Source of the DNA: Octopus sinensis | Lineage: Eukaryota | Direction of reading: 5' to 3' | NCBI RefSeq assembly: GCF_006345805.1 | Contig: NC_043012.1 | Location: 15,004,001-15,068,000 of the forward strand | DNA length: 64,000 bases | Shown: positions 25,056-37,654 of the stretch, in pieces | How positions within the stretch are numbered: position 1 is the first letter of the stretch | How the letters are laid out: each line of letters opens with the position of its first letter | Made by a program: the position numbers and the translations under genes | Notes under the pieces: model-generated | The model's database searches: none | Told to the model about the DNA's origin: nothing | The model's input: only the letters and a program-made list of their open reading frames with translations

Positions 25056-25862
25056 TCTCTCTCTATATAAACGGCAGTTTGTCTGTCTGTGTGTCTGTCA
25101 GGTTGTACCCTCACCCTGACCACGGCTTTCAACCGATTCTGATGAAACTTGACACACACATAGCACAATGTCATAATTGAAAACTAACGCAGTTCCGAAA
25201 AAAATCGATAAATTCGACATGGGGTCGAGAATCTAAGCTTTTTATATGCAACACATTTTCTGTTGTAGTTTTCGCAACTTGCAATCGATTTTCACCAAAC
25301 TTATGGTGAAGCTTAATGTTACCCTAAGAAACTTAATTCTGACGTTAGTTTTCCATGCAATACCTTACCATCAGAAAAAAATCAATAAAATCATGCCATT
25401 TTGGGAAATCGCGTTAAAATTCAAGATAACATATTTTCGACAATATCTTTCACAAATCGGCAGGAATTTTTTTTTTAATTCACAGCGAGCATCATGTCTG
25501 CTCCAAGGAGCTATATGGCCCTTTTTATTCCAATAGGATACTTTATTACTGGAAAAAATCGATTAATTAAATCATATGTGGCACACATAGCAAACCGGTT
25601 TGTGTATTAAACACAAACCACAAACTGTCTAGGGGACGCAACTCGACCTTTTTAACTCTCTTGGGAGGCGCAATGATGTTTTCATGTTTTCGCCCAAAGG
25701 GACAGCTAGGAACATTGTATACACAGAAGTATTCGAGTGAAGAGAAGACATTGCAACCTACACATGCGCCTTCGTTCCCTAGAGGGAAAGGACTAGATTG
25801 GGATTAGTCGTTGCCTACTAGGGGCTCTTACATACCCGGGCAACGCTGGGCTATGCTGCTAG
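25056..25862 (+). mobile_element. Non-autonomous Helitron-like element
   Basis: inserted between A and T; 5' TC, 3' CTAG; subterminal hairpin cccgggcaacgctggg 25835-25850; shares modules with 60005-60376. Confidence 0.85.
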
Positions 25863-26078
25863 TTATCAATAAATAAGTGCATATACTACATTGTTTGAAA
25901 CTTGAAAGTACAAAGCATTTGAAGAATTAAAGGGAAACCAAACAAGTATTTTGTCTAAAAATGGGTCGGGAACAAATCGTGTCAATAACAATAAGCAAGC
26001 TGCTTCCGGTTAGATATAAACTAAGCTATTATCGTCACTATCGTCATCATCATCACCATACTACCATTATCATCATCG

Positions 26079-26109
<31 letters not shown>

Positions 26110-26540
26110 TTATTCATTCAGTCTTATATTTTCATTATTTCACGTCTTCCTGTCCAAACCATGATCTACTCTACAACAAACAAACACCATTGACATTAGC
26201 ACCAAACAGTCAAGCAAAAACTGGCGCCCACTTAAATCATTAAAATATCGGAATTTTCCGGAACTTTGTATAACATTTAACATAATCTAACTCAAATTCG
26301 TTTAATTATGCATAATTATCAATGTGGAAATATTGGATACGAACTGGAATGAAACAGGTTTTTTTCTGCTCAAATATTTTAACAATTTCTTAATGTCAAA
26401 TTTATATCAGTTTCTCGATTTCAATCTTCGATTTATAAAACTTTTCTAAGAATTCGATATGGCATTTAAATAATCTTCCAAATATAAAATCATTTTCAAA
26501 AGAATAGAATTTCACTCCAATCAAAAATAACCACACCCTA

Positions 26541-26607
<67 letters not shown>

Positions 26608-26616
26608 AATGCGCCC

Positions 26617-26845
26617 TTTTAAAGCCTAGCCAGGCTCATGGGCCCGGTTTCAATGGCGTATGTGTTCCCCAGCTGGACGGGACGCCAGTCCATCGCAGAG
26701 TTACTCATTTTTGCCAGCTGAGTGGACTGGAGCAACGTGGAATGAAGTGTTTTGCTCAAGAACACAACGCGTCGCCCGGTCCAGGAATCGAAACCACAAT
26801 CTTACAATCATGATGCTGACACCCTAACCACTAAGCCACGTGCCT
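26617..26845 (-). mobile_element. tRNA-derived SINE with alternative 3' tail
   Basis: head and central domain as at 52776, but tail gatggactggcgtcccgtccagc...atgagcctggctaggc. Confidence 0.75.
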
Positions 26846-26872
26846 CCACACACACACACATACACACACGCA

Positions 26873-26960
<88 letters not shown>

Positions 26961-27685
26961 CAATTAAGATTCAAGTGAATTCCAATGAATTCACATGAAT
27001 GCGGTACTTATCTTAGATGCACCAGAAATCTTTATGGTATTAACCATAAAATAATGTGGGGTGATTATAAATAAGAAAAAAGCAACAAGAATGGATTAGT
27101 TGTTCAGTACAATTGCTTCATACGAAGAACAGCTTTATTAAAAGCTGCAAATATTGCAGCAAATACAAGTGTCCCGTATTCATCAACCAAAACACATATG
27201 AGTTTTCCAAACATCCTAGGGGGTGAGGCTACACTCATGAAGTATCGAAGAGAGTTCTATGAAAAGCAAAGTTAGATTGTAAGCAGACTTAAAATGTTCT
27301 CCAATGATGCACAGTTTTATAAAAGGTTTTTAAAAAAGTTTGTTAGCTTCACAGAAAAGGTAAATCCATCCATAATAATGCAGGTGTAATTTCCGGAGAT
27401 ATGAGGAGAGATTTTATACTCAGAGAAGATGAATGTATCCATAATAATGTAGATGTAATTTCCTGATATATGAGAAGATGTTGATCACACTTCTATTCGT
27501 TTCACAAAACTACTATGTTGGAAGAAGAGATTGGCTATATTGGCTAAAAGAAGTCGCAAAAGAAGTCAGTGAAGCAGAAACCGCCCAAATAAGGACATTA
27601 TGGGACATTATGGGAGGAGGGGGGTGTAAGAGGGTGGAACAAATATAGTATTATTGGACGCTCAGGAAAGAAGGAAAGAAGGAGG

Positions 27686-27720
27686 GTTTAACGTTTCGAG
27701 TGGAGCTCTTCGTCGGAAAC
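27686..27720 (-). ncRNA. Minimal hammerhead-like motif, copy 1 (U4C)
   Basis: GUUU-CCGACGA-A-GAGC-UCC-ACUC-GAA-ACGU-U/AAAC. Confidence 0.62.
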
Positions 27721-27889
27721 ATAGGAGAAGGAAAGATCCAGAGAAGGGAAGACAGAGGGAAAAAAATCGCCAACGGTACACACGAGAGTTAATCTAAACA
27801 TGAAAACACAAAGAGAAAACACAACAACGCGAGGACGTTGAACAAGTATAGTGTTATTGGACGCTCAGGAAAGGAAAGAAGGAAGGAGG

Positions 27890-27924
27890 ATTTAACATTT
27901 CGAGCGGAGCTCTTCGTCAGAAAC
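27890..27924 (-). ncRNA. Minimal hammerhead-like motif, copy 2 (intact core and stem II)
   Basis: GUUU-CUGACGA-A-GAGC-UCC-GCUC-GAA-AUGU-U/AAAU. Confidence 0.68.
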
Positions 27925-27977
27925 ATAGGAAACGGAAAGATCCAAGGAAGGGAAGACGGAGGAAAAAATTCGCCAAC

Positions 27978-28045
<68 letters not shown>

Positions 28046-28720
28046 ATATGAGATAAAGAAAACGGAGAAATTAAAATATAGACATCAATTTGTTCGAACA
28101 TATTCAATTCCAAACAAAACCAACTCATAGCACCTACAATTGTTTCCATACTCAGTTAATTCAATATGAGAAATTAAATTAAATTGAATTAAATTAAAGT
28201 TTCATACTGAATATAGCTAATTGAACGATTCGTCAGGGTAAGAATTTGATGGAATGGAGCTACATTCCAACATGTTGGTAGATCCTCGATAGACTCAGAT
28301 ATGTGCGTTTTTGTATCCAATTTATTTCTAAAATCGTTACCTTTGTATAGGTATATGCAAATTTGTTTTATGCATTTATTTCATGCTAGTAAGTTATAAT
28401 GTAAATTATTCTTAATTTACATTATAACTTACTAGCAGAAAGACCGTCTTCCGTGCGGTTTCCTGCTAGCCCCTTGATAATATTTTCATATTTGATTCCC
28501 ATTTCTAATAATTTTTATACTTTTCGTCTAATTATTTCTTTGCATAATAGTGCTCACTTGCTTAGTAAATATTGCTTTCAGTATTTTATCACAGTCATAA
28601 CCTCACTTTTTTAAACAAACATCACGATAGTCCAACAACTAAAGGAGAAGCAGTTTGTCAAGTTTTACCTTCTCCTCAAAGCAACATAGAGATTTCAATT
28701 CAGCAGCCATCTGTAAGCTT

Positions 28721-28775
<55 letters not shown>

Positions 28776-30057
28776 CATTGCAAACAATGGATGAAATCGT
28801 ATAAATAAAAGAGCATTACTACAGATGTATACGCCCCCGACTTTGTTGCTTCATAACATCCAGAAAAATTGATACTTTTTAATAAAATTTTATGCAAATA
28901 CTGCTTAGATGTTGTCACTTCAGAGTATATAAGGATTTATGGGAAAGAATTTTTGCGAGGAGGTGGAGAGAGAAGTTTCGGAAAATTCACACGATCTGAC
29001 TTTTTTCCCTCATAACTTTTAGGAAGATGAGTATCATTTAAGGAAAATTTATACAAATCCCTTTCAAACGGCATAGATTGCGATTATAAAGAAACTTGTG
29101 GGGAAAATTTTGGTGGGGGGGATTTTCCACGTTTTTTAAAAGTATTTTTCTTAAACCTCAGGCTTCCAAATGATGGGGTTGGGTGGAGGATGCATCTTTG
29201 TATGAAAAAGTTTTGAAAACCCTTTTTTTAAACCCCCCCACTCCCTCATCATTCTATTTTGGCCAATTTTCATTTTACATTTCAAAACCGTGGGAAGAAC
29301 ATTTTCGGTAAAAATATTTTAATATTGTTAATATTTTCAGGGGGTAAAATGGTTTAAGGGCAATTTGGCTGCCGTTTCTAGCATATCCAAAGACAACCCT
29401 CCTCGTTTCTTAATCACTCTCGCATGCCTGTATCTCAGGTTCTCCGTTTTCTTTTTCTCATACATAAACTATAAAATACCCATATCCATCAATGCGAAGC
29501 TAACATCTTTGGTTTTCCACTGATACACTGGATAAAACCGGGGAACTTGGATGCTGACATCCTTTAAGAAGATTTTGTATCTTTGATTTAATTAAATACA
29601 TACACACACACGCGCTCACTCTCTCTCCCTCCCTCCCCCTCTCTCAGTAAAATATGAACTTTGTTTCTTTTTTTAGCTTATTACGAAGATAACTATTTTT
29701 AGAGCAAGAATAAAATGGAATATTTTGTTAGTCTTGCATCCCCAGCGCATTAATGACGTAAAAGGTGCAAAGTAGCCACAACTGAGAAATATTAAAAAAA
29801 ATTGCAATTTCTGTTTGCAACTAGTTTGTAAATTGTTCTACGGAACTCGAAAGAAAAAGATTGGGTTGAAAAATTTGGAAAGAATATCAATTATTTCGTG
29901 AAAGGGTTACAAAATTGAATATATTTCCACAACGGAGCATAATGTCAATTAAGCACTTCCTAAAGTAATAAGCATGCCTCTTCTTCCTTTCGAATCTAAA
30001 TTAAAGCACTACTGAAGTTTCTGTAGCGTACCCTTAGTGAAATCCTCTCTCTCTCTC

Positions 30058-30590
30058 TGACATATATAACATAAATACGGACGAAGCTAATAACAGCTAG
30101 CCTTCGGCCGTTTGGGCCCTGTTGTGTCCACGACTCTGATTGGTTGTTTTTGGCGCAGTTTGTCTCTTGCTCTATTACGCGCCAAAGTGCAACTCAACCA
30201 ATCGCAGCCTTCTGATAAGGTCCCGTGACACAGTCTTCTAAATTCTCTGCTGGAGCCTACTAATCTCTATAAAGCTAGTCACAACAAACCATATCTCGTC
30301 TTTGGCTCTAGACCTTCTAAGGTCTAGTCACTGACCACAGAGCACCCAGGCAGTTCCAGCGACAGACAACACTAGCAGTATTCCGGACCTTCACCACCGC
30401 CGCCTTCATCTTAACGTTGCCTTCAATCTTAATGATGCCTCCATCTCTGTCGCCTTCGTCTTAACTTTTGCTAAAATAAAGTACCGGTCAAGTACTACAT
30501 TCGATTTATATTACTATGAAGTAGGTGTCGTACAGCACTCGGGCTATATGCGACCTTTAATAACCCTTTGTATGGCGTACGTAATAACAT
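30058..30590 (+). mobile_element. Second solo-LTR-like element related to 23234
   Basis: TG start, ataacagctagccttcggc, CCAAT near 30198, TATAAA 30268, AATAAA near 30475; 3' end not resolved. Confidence 0.55.
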
Positions 30591-31359
30591 TGTAACAGGG
30601 TTGTACATGTGCGTGTATAGTTTGTGTTTGTAGCCCCATCCTCACTGCTTGACAACCGGTGTTGGTTTGTTTACGCCATCGTAATCCAATGGTTCGGTAA
30701 AGAAACCGATAGAATAAGTACCAGACTTACAAAAAAAAAAAAAAAGTACTTATGTCGATTTATTCGACAAAACCTTCCAAGGCGTCCCCAGCATCACTAC
30801 GGCGGTCCATTGACTAACAAAATGACTAGACTATAACAAGTAAAAGATAAAGGATAACTTTTGGCTAAAATGTAACAAACTTTTGTGAAGTTGAACTTTG
30901 TCATTTGTCACTCTCTCTTCCTTTATACTTTTTCTTTTCGCTCATATGTTCATGATCTGTTTAATACAGCACCCCATCCCCAGGCCCCACAGGTGACTGG
31001 GGAAAAAAAGGAAAAAAAAACAACTTTATTTTTAATATTTTATCACAATTATTTAATACAAAAGAATCTACCGGTAACTCTTTTATTAAGTACTGAGTAC
31101 AAAAAAAAAGTACATTATCGAATAAGAAAAAAAAATAGAAGTGAATAATTTTAATGAGAACCTTATGCCTGGCGATGACGGCACCACGCCTTACCAGAAT
31201 TTTCCCATCCCCCACCGGTGGGACGTATTGTCTCACGCTGAGAATCACTGGTTTAGTGTAATGGTGTAGTTTGCATTCATTCGATGGTGGGGTTCAATTT
31301 ATAATTAACAATATTCCATAACACCAGTTGCTAGTAAATGGTTATTTACTATCACAAGG

Positions 31360-31565
31360 CGACGCGCTGGTAGAGTCGTTAGCAAGCTGGGCGAAATGCT
31401 TAGCGGTATTTCGTCTGAGTTCAAATTCCGCCGAGGTCGACTTTGCCTTTCATCCTTTCGGAGTCGATAAATTAAGTACCAGTTACGCACTGGAGTTGAT
31501 GTAATCGACTTAATCCCCTTGTTTGTCCCCTCTGTGTGTATCCCCCTGTGGACAATAAAGAAACA
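31360..31565 (+). mobile_element. SINE (family of 3292)
   Basis: gctggtagagtcgttagc...gagttcaaattccgccgaggtcgactttgcctttcatcc. Confidence 0.85.
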
Positions 31566-33222
31566 GGTTATTTCCTACCCCCCACCCTCACCCGTCATCC
31601 GTCCATCACCGTTTTCCCCCGATTACCTCCCTTCCTTCACTCTTCCTCTTCTTCTTACTCTCCTCCTTTCCTTCCTCCTCTCGATTCCTTCCAAAAATGT
31701 TTCTCGCCACTTTCGTTCTTTGCATCATCTTTTTCATGACTTATTTACCAAAATATGGTTCCGTCATCTCAAGATGGGTGAGTTGGTCCTTTTCCTTCAT
31801 TTCCGTGCAATCTCTATATTTCTTCTCGTAATGCTTTAACAATACCAAAACCATTTTCTCTGTTTTTGTTTACAAAACTGTTTTTCCTCTTTTTCCTGCT
31901 TATTTTTTCTTTCTCTTTCGTTTTTCTGTTCAGCAAAGCATGAACATCACAGAATCCCAATTCTTCCAGCCTTAACCTTACACATAGATGATCTTGTGCC
32001 TATATGAACGATAGATGTTCTCTACCAATGCTTTAGTCCATCGTTTCAGCTATTTTCTTTTAGCAGACTTTTAATTTTGTCCTGTCTTTAAAAAATCCTT
32101 TTTCTCAGAATAAAAGAAAAAGTAATAATTCTAAGAATGAGACGCATCGCCGGCTTTTATCTTCATCTTTATCTTTATCTTCATCTTTATTTCATTCTAA
32201 CGTAGAAGATATAGAATTAGTTGTGTAACATTAACAGATTCTGCTCAGTCGATCGTTTCTCGTTTCTCGCATAAAATAACTTGTTTAAGCCTCGGAAACA
32301 AAATCACTTTTCGGTTATAAATAGTCTGAGGTAAATGCTTGGATGCACGATGATACCCACGACCCCGTCTTGGGCCTCGATTATATTTTAATTCTTCTTT
32401 TAATGCCCCACCCCAAAAACGCATAAACGTCTCACCACTTTTTCTTTTACTTCTATTAAAATATTTCTTACTTTTATGGTTATAAATTAATTATTCTCTT
32501 AGTTACTACTGTTGTTACTATTAAACATCAGTTAAATGTTTTTCTCATTTTAATTTGGAATTTCTGTTATTGGTTATCAGTTTTCCAGCTGCCAATAATG
32601 GACTCTTAATTGATTATGCTACAAGTACCACCACCAACATGTTTGGCAGGCATCACATTTTATGCTTCCACAAACACCTCTCTGTATCTTCTTCCCTTAC
32701 AATACGCTGCTCTTTCATCTACGTAATTCATTATTATTACTAAACCGTCACCTTGTTGGGATAATTGCGTTTAATTTAACTAAGTTTCAGTCATACTCTT
32801 GGCTAATTAGTATATTTCTCTAAACAATGATATTTGGATATTTGGGTAATATAGACGAGGCAACAGGTTTGGAACATTTGGCGGAAAATCGATCACCAAC
32901 TTTTTTTTTTTTCCCACATTAGTGTGAGAGTTGTGGAACTGATGAATGAGGTCGACGTGCATTTCTGGCTGTCTGATGTATATAAGGAAATTGTGGGCAG
33001 GAGAGGAATTTCTGGGTGGATGCTTACTATTAAATGCCGAGCTTGGGAAAAAGAATAGAGGTGAGAGAAGGAAAAGGTCGTACATAATTTGTTGCTTTCG
33101 AAGCGCGGGGAACCATTGTGGTAGCGATAGAAATATACGAATGTGCAAATGGTTGCAAGTGTATCACTGAGTGGGTGTTTACCTGTCAGTTTAAAGGCCT
33201 TTTTTTTAATGCAGTCTAGAAT

Positions 33223-33273
33223 ATGTATGTAGCAGCTGTTTTGTCTTGGTACACATATCTTGGTATGGAGTCA
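33223..33273 (+). CDS. GET1: Candidate first coding exon of GET1/WRB
   Basis: ATG...TCA|GTAAGT; 17 codons (MYVAAVLSWYTYLGMES); phase 0 matches the next exon; CpG-richer promoter-like surroundings; homology to the GET1 N-terminus is weak. Confidence 0.4.
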
Positions 33274-33907
33274 GTAAGTGTTCAGAGCTGAAGTTGTCGA
33301 GCTCCTGTCCGATCTGATCCCGGAGATCTACAACTAAATCCATACAAACTGGGACTATCTCAGTGTTTTTTATTTTTATTTTTTAAGGCATTCAGGATAA
33401 CTTAATTTTATTATATGTATCTTCTTTTAAGACAGCATAATGAAACTTGAGAAAAATTTGGCTGCCTTTTCTAGCAGGTTAAGAACTTTCGTTAACTTGT
33501 CATTGCTGTAGTAGCTTCTGGTCCTAGGCTTTTGGCTGTGACGCATTTATAATCCCCATGTGCTATTATAAGAGATTGTAAGGTGTAACACAATTATAAA
33601 CTTATAAATTATAAAGCAGAGGGTCTGATTTTAAGGGTCACTTAAAATGCTCTCGTGCTGGTTCCACGTAAATGCACTTGTGCTGGTAGCACACTGTAAA
33701 GCGGTTGGTGTTAGAAAAGGGCATCCAGCCATATAAACCATGCCAAAACAGACAATTGGAGCTGAGACTCTACTCCAGCTGGCCAGCTCATGTCAAACTG
33801 TCCAGCCTAAGCCAGCATGGAGAACAGATTTTAAATAATGATGATGATGATGATGTTTCTAGCAGAAGTTCTCTAATTTAGATGTTTTACTGTATATGTA
33901 AAAAGAG

Positions 33908-34200
33908 TGGAGGCTCAATGGCCGAGTGGTTAGGGCAGCGGATTCGCGGTTTCGATTCCCAGACCAGGCCTTGTGAGTGTTTATTGAGTGAAAACACCTA
34001 AAGCTCCACGAGGCTCCGGCAGGGGGTGGTGGTGATCCCTGCTGTACTCTTTCACCATAACTTTCTCTCACTCTTTCTTCTGTTGGCCTGCTCGCTTAGC
34101 CAGCGGGGTGGCATCATTTGAAGGCTAAAACAATGCGAAGCGCATTGTGACCAGCGATGTGTAGCAACATCTGATCGCCTGGTCGGTCACGTGATCACAT
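33908..34200 (+). mobile_element. tRNA-derived SINE (head/body shared with 40520-40830)
   Basis: ggaggctcaatggccgagtggttaggg...gtttcgattccc; ctttctctcactcttt body. Confidence 0.75.
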
Positions 34201-35707
34201 GATATGTAAAAAGAATCAAAAGTAAAGCTGACATTTAATATGACAACTTTATTAAGTGAAGTACAACTTACAGAGTCATCTTGGTTAAGGAAAGGAAAAT
34301 TAGAGGATTTAACAAAATGTACGAAGAGGCTTTCAGCAAAGAGCCAGAAAATGTTTGCCTACAATTTGAGTGTTGAAGTCCTTCACAGGTCATAAGACTC
34401 GTATAGGTATCTCATAATTGGTTGATGGTCATCTTACATGTACTGCCATGATGATCCACCCGATTGTTGAAGGTGGAAATTTCCTGTAGGTATTGTGCAC
34501 AGTGGTTTTGGGTTGCGCAGCAGCACTGCTTAATTCACAATCATAATAATTTCTTAGAGACAAATGCCCTAATTTTTGGAGAACTGAAAGAATGGACATT
34601 CATTTTATTCTCCTCTCAAGACTACAAAAGGCATATGGAAAGTGGATTTACTTTAACTGAAAATTAAAACTACAGTTGCTGTGTCACTTTGCTTCATTTT
34701 GTGGTATCTGCTTCTTCCAATTTCTATTTCCTCTCTTATACATATAGATAGATGGGTGTGGCAACTTTTTTCACAAAAGATTGTAAATACACAGATAAAT
34801 GAACATTTAAAGGTAAAGGCCACTTTCTTCTATCATAGTTCAACATTTCTCATGGCACCATCAGACAAAATGGAAAAGGCATTGCCCCAGAGGATAACGA
34901 GAGAGATGCACTGGAATAGCCACTCTGACTTATGGGGCTTAAACTTGCAGGCAGTCACCTCTGTTCTGATAGCGATGAATAGGAATATGGGGGGGGGGGG
35001 CAAGAAAGCCAGAGGTCTCAACTAGCACAGCTCAACCATAAACCTGTTGGAGTGAGACTAATACCATGACAGTTTGTTTTTTGTTTTTTTTTTTACCTCA
35101 GCCTGACAAACAGCAGAACCTGGGCTGGTAGTTGACACCACCAGGTTGCTGCTGGTGAAGGTTTCACAGATGTGACACCCCAGATGAGGGGCCTACCGCC
35201 ACGGAATGGGAAAAGCAATTGGTTTACTACATGCTGAAGAGATCAGGGGATAGAAGCCAGGCTAATGTCAACTGCCTCTTCCCAGAACTAAAACAAGGGT
35301 TTGCATTGGGCCAATACTCCTCCCTAGACAAAAGGCAAAGTTACGGAAGCATCAATGACAATTCAGGGCCAACAAGACCAGGAAGAGGAAGGCCTTTTCC
35401 CAGGGAAACACAAAATCTGAGAGGAAGTTGCAAGGCCAACACCCCTTCTGGCCACTATGAGACCCACAGGGAGGGTGGGGCTAGAAGAGGGAGTGCCCTA
35501 AAATAGCTGGAGATGGAATGCTGAGAAAGCTACACTAACCTATCAACCCTTCCCTTTTTTTTAATTAATTAATTAAAAAGTTTCTAAGATTGTAGGACGT
35601 AATTGGAAGGAAATTTCACTGTTGAGTGACCAACAGAAGTTAGCAAAGTGAACTCAATAGAAAGTAACAGTTGTTCCTATACATTTATGATGATGATGGT
35701 GGTGATG

Positions 35708-35938
35708 CTTCTTCTTCTTCTCCATCTCCTTCTTCCTCTTCTTCTTCTTCTCCTCCTCCTTCTTCTTTTCCTTCTTCTCCATCTCCTTCTTCCTCTTCTC
35801 CTCCTCCTCCTCTCCTTCTTCTTCTTTTCCTTCTTCTCCTTCTTCTTCTTCTCCTCCATCTTCTTCTTCTCCTCCTCCTTCTTCTTCTTCTTCTCCTTCT
35901 CCTTCTTCCTCTTCTTCTTCTTCTTCTCCCCCTCCCCC
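35708..35938. repeat. Compound (TTC/TCC)n polypyrimidine microsatellite
   Basis: about 230 bp almost exclusively C/T; source of several spurious overlapping ORFs. Confidence 0.95.
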
Positions 35939-36894
35939 GGTGGTATGCCTCCCTTGACAGAGTTCAGGTTCATTAATAACAAGGACATTTAATGCCGCTG
36001 CTATTTTCTTGTATGTTTGGACGGAGTCAGTTGGGGGAAGAAAATGTTTTGAGGATGATGCATAATGGAGTGGCTGCCTCTTTGCAAACTGACTGTGGCT
36101 CACAAAATAACAGAATATTTTGTCTGTTGGAATTTTCTGTGCCAACAAACTGCTTACCCACGGTAGTCTTTTATTTTGTGTACTTTGGTTTTATTGTATA
36201 CCTGGTCTCTACCTGCACTGGGGTAAAATGCAAAATTTTGTGCTCTTTCTAGTTTGTTGTGGAGAGATTGGCTGCCCAAGTAATGACTGGTATATGGCAT
36301 TTTTTATAAGCTTAAAGCTTATAGCGCATGCAAATGACTAAAGAAAATGGTCTAATAATGGGGCATATAAGCCCTCAACAGAAAAAAGTAGGCTTTCCCA
36401 TAATCATGGGATTCGAACCTACATCCCTTTGTTAACACAACTAAGTGTGTTACCGATTATACCAAACATTTGATAAAAAATCATTGAGTGAAGTGATGCT
36501 CACCAATTACCTTATCGAGTCTCTTTAGTTCAATATATCCTTTACTTGTTTCAGCCATCTGACTGATGCCATGCTGGGGTTTTAATCAATTTGAAGGGTT
36601 TTAATCAAGCAATTTGACGCCAGGACTTATTTATTTATTTATTGAGCCTAGTACTTATTCTGTCAGTCTCTTTTGCCAAACTGCTAAGTTACTGGGGCAT
36701 AAACACATCAACACCAGTTGTCAAACAGGGGTGGGGGACAAACACACACAACAGGTTTCTTTCAGTTTCCATCTACCATATCCATTCACAAGGCTTGGTC
36801 AGCCCAAGGTTGTAGTAGACACTTGCCCAAAATGCTATGCAGTGGGAATGTAATTTTTGTCCAGTACCATTCTCTCTTGCTCTGCTCAGTTCAT

Positions 36895-37485
36895 ATTTCT
36901 TTATTGCCCACAAGGGGCTAAACAAGGACAGACAAAGGGATTAAGTCGATTACATTGACCCCAGTGCGTAACTGGTACTTAATTTATTGACCCCGAAAGG
37001 ATGAAAGGCAAAGGTCGACCACGGCGGAATTTGAACTCTGAACGTAACAGCAGACGAAATACCTATTTCTTTACTACCCACAAGGGGCTAAACACAGAGA
37101 GGACAAACAAGGACAGACAAATGGATTAAGTCGATTATATCGACCCCAGTGCGTAACTGGTACTTAATTTATTGACCCCGAAAGGATGAAAGGCAAAGGT
37201 CGACCACGGCGGAATTTGAACTCTGAACGTAACAGCAGACGAAATACCTATTTCTTTACTACCCACAAGGGGCTAAACACAGAGAGGACAAACAAGGACA
37301 GACAAATGGATTAAGTCGATTATATCGACATCAGTGCGTAACTGGTACTTAATTTATTGACCCCGAAAGGATGAAAGGCAAAGGTCGACCACGGCGGAAT
37401 TTGAACTCTGAACGTAACAGCAGACGAAATACCGCTAAGCATTTCGCCCGACGTGCTAACGCTTCTGCCAGCTCCTCACCGCCTT
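36895..37485 (-). mobile_element. Head-to-tail SINE trimer (period 185 bp) with a single tRNA head
   Basis: units start at 36895, 37065 and 37250; shared private variants aaaggtcgaccacggcgg and ctctgaacg; head only at 37434-37485. Confidence 0.92.
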
Positions 37486-37654
37486 TTCTACTCAATTCAG
37501 TATTTTCACTTTGATCCCTTCTTGTCATCTTGTAAGCTATCTCGTTCTCATTTCTGACTCAACTAATTCTCAACTTTGTATTGCTAACTTATTTCATGTC
37601 CAGTCCAGTCCAGTCCAGTCCAGTTCTACATTTGTTTATTCTCCTCTTTTCCAG

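Larger units (their letters stand above)
27640..27980 (-). repeat. Two tandem Penelope-like pLTR units (period 204 bp)
   Basis: direct repeat tatagt.ttattggacgctcagg...cgccaacggta, each unit with a CYGACGA...GAAA motif on the minus strand. Confidence 0.7.

Noticed and set aside
28430-29390. Third Helitron-like element on the minus strand
   Set aside because: A CTAG end and hairpin are visible near 28431-28470, but no 5' terminus or second copy could be defined.
35648-36148. Four overlapping 100-164 aa ORFs
   Set aside because: Translations of the (TTC/TCC)n microsatellite.
36400-36470. tRNA gene
   Set aside because: Only a B-box-like fragment; no cloverleaf. All tRNA-like sequences here are SINE heads.
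36895-37485. CRISPR-like array or hammerhead retrozyme array
   Set aside because: Eukaryotic context, identical units without spacers, tRNA-derived head; CTGAACG...GACGAAA does not match CUGANGA and has no stems.
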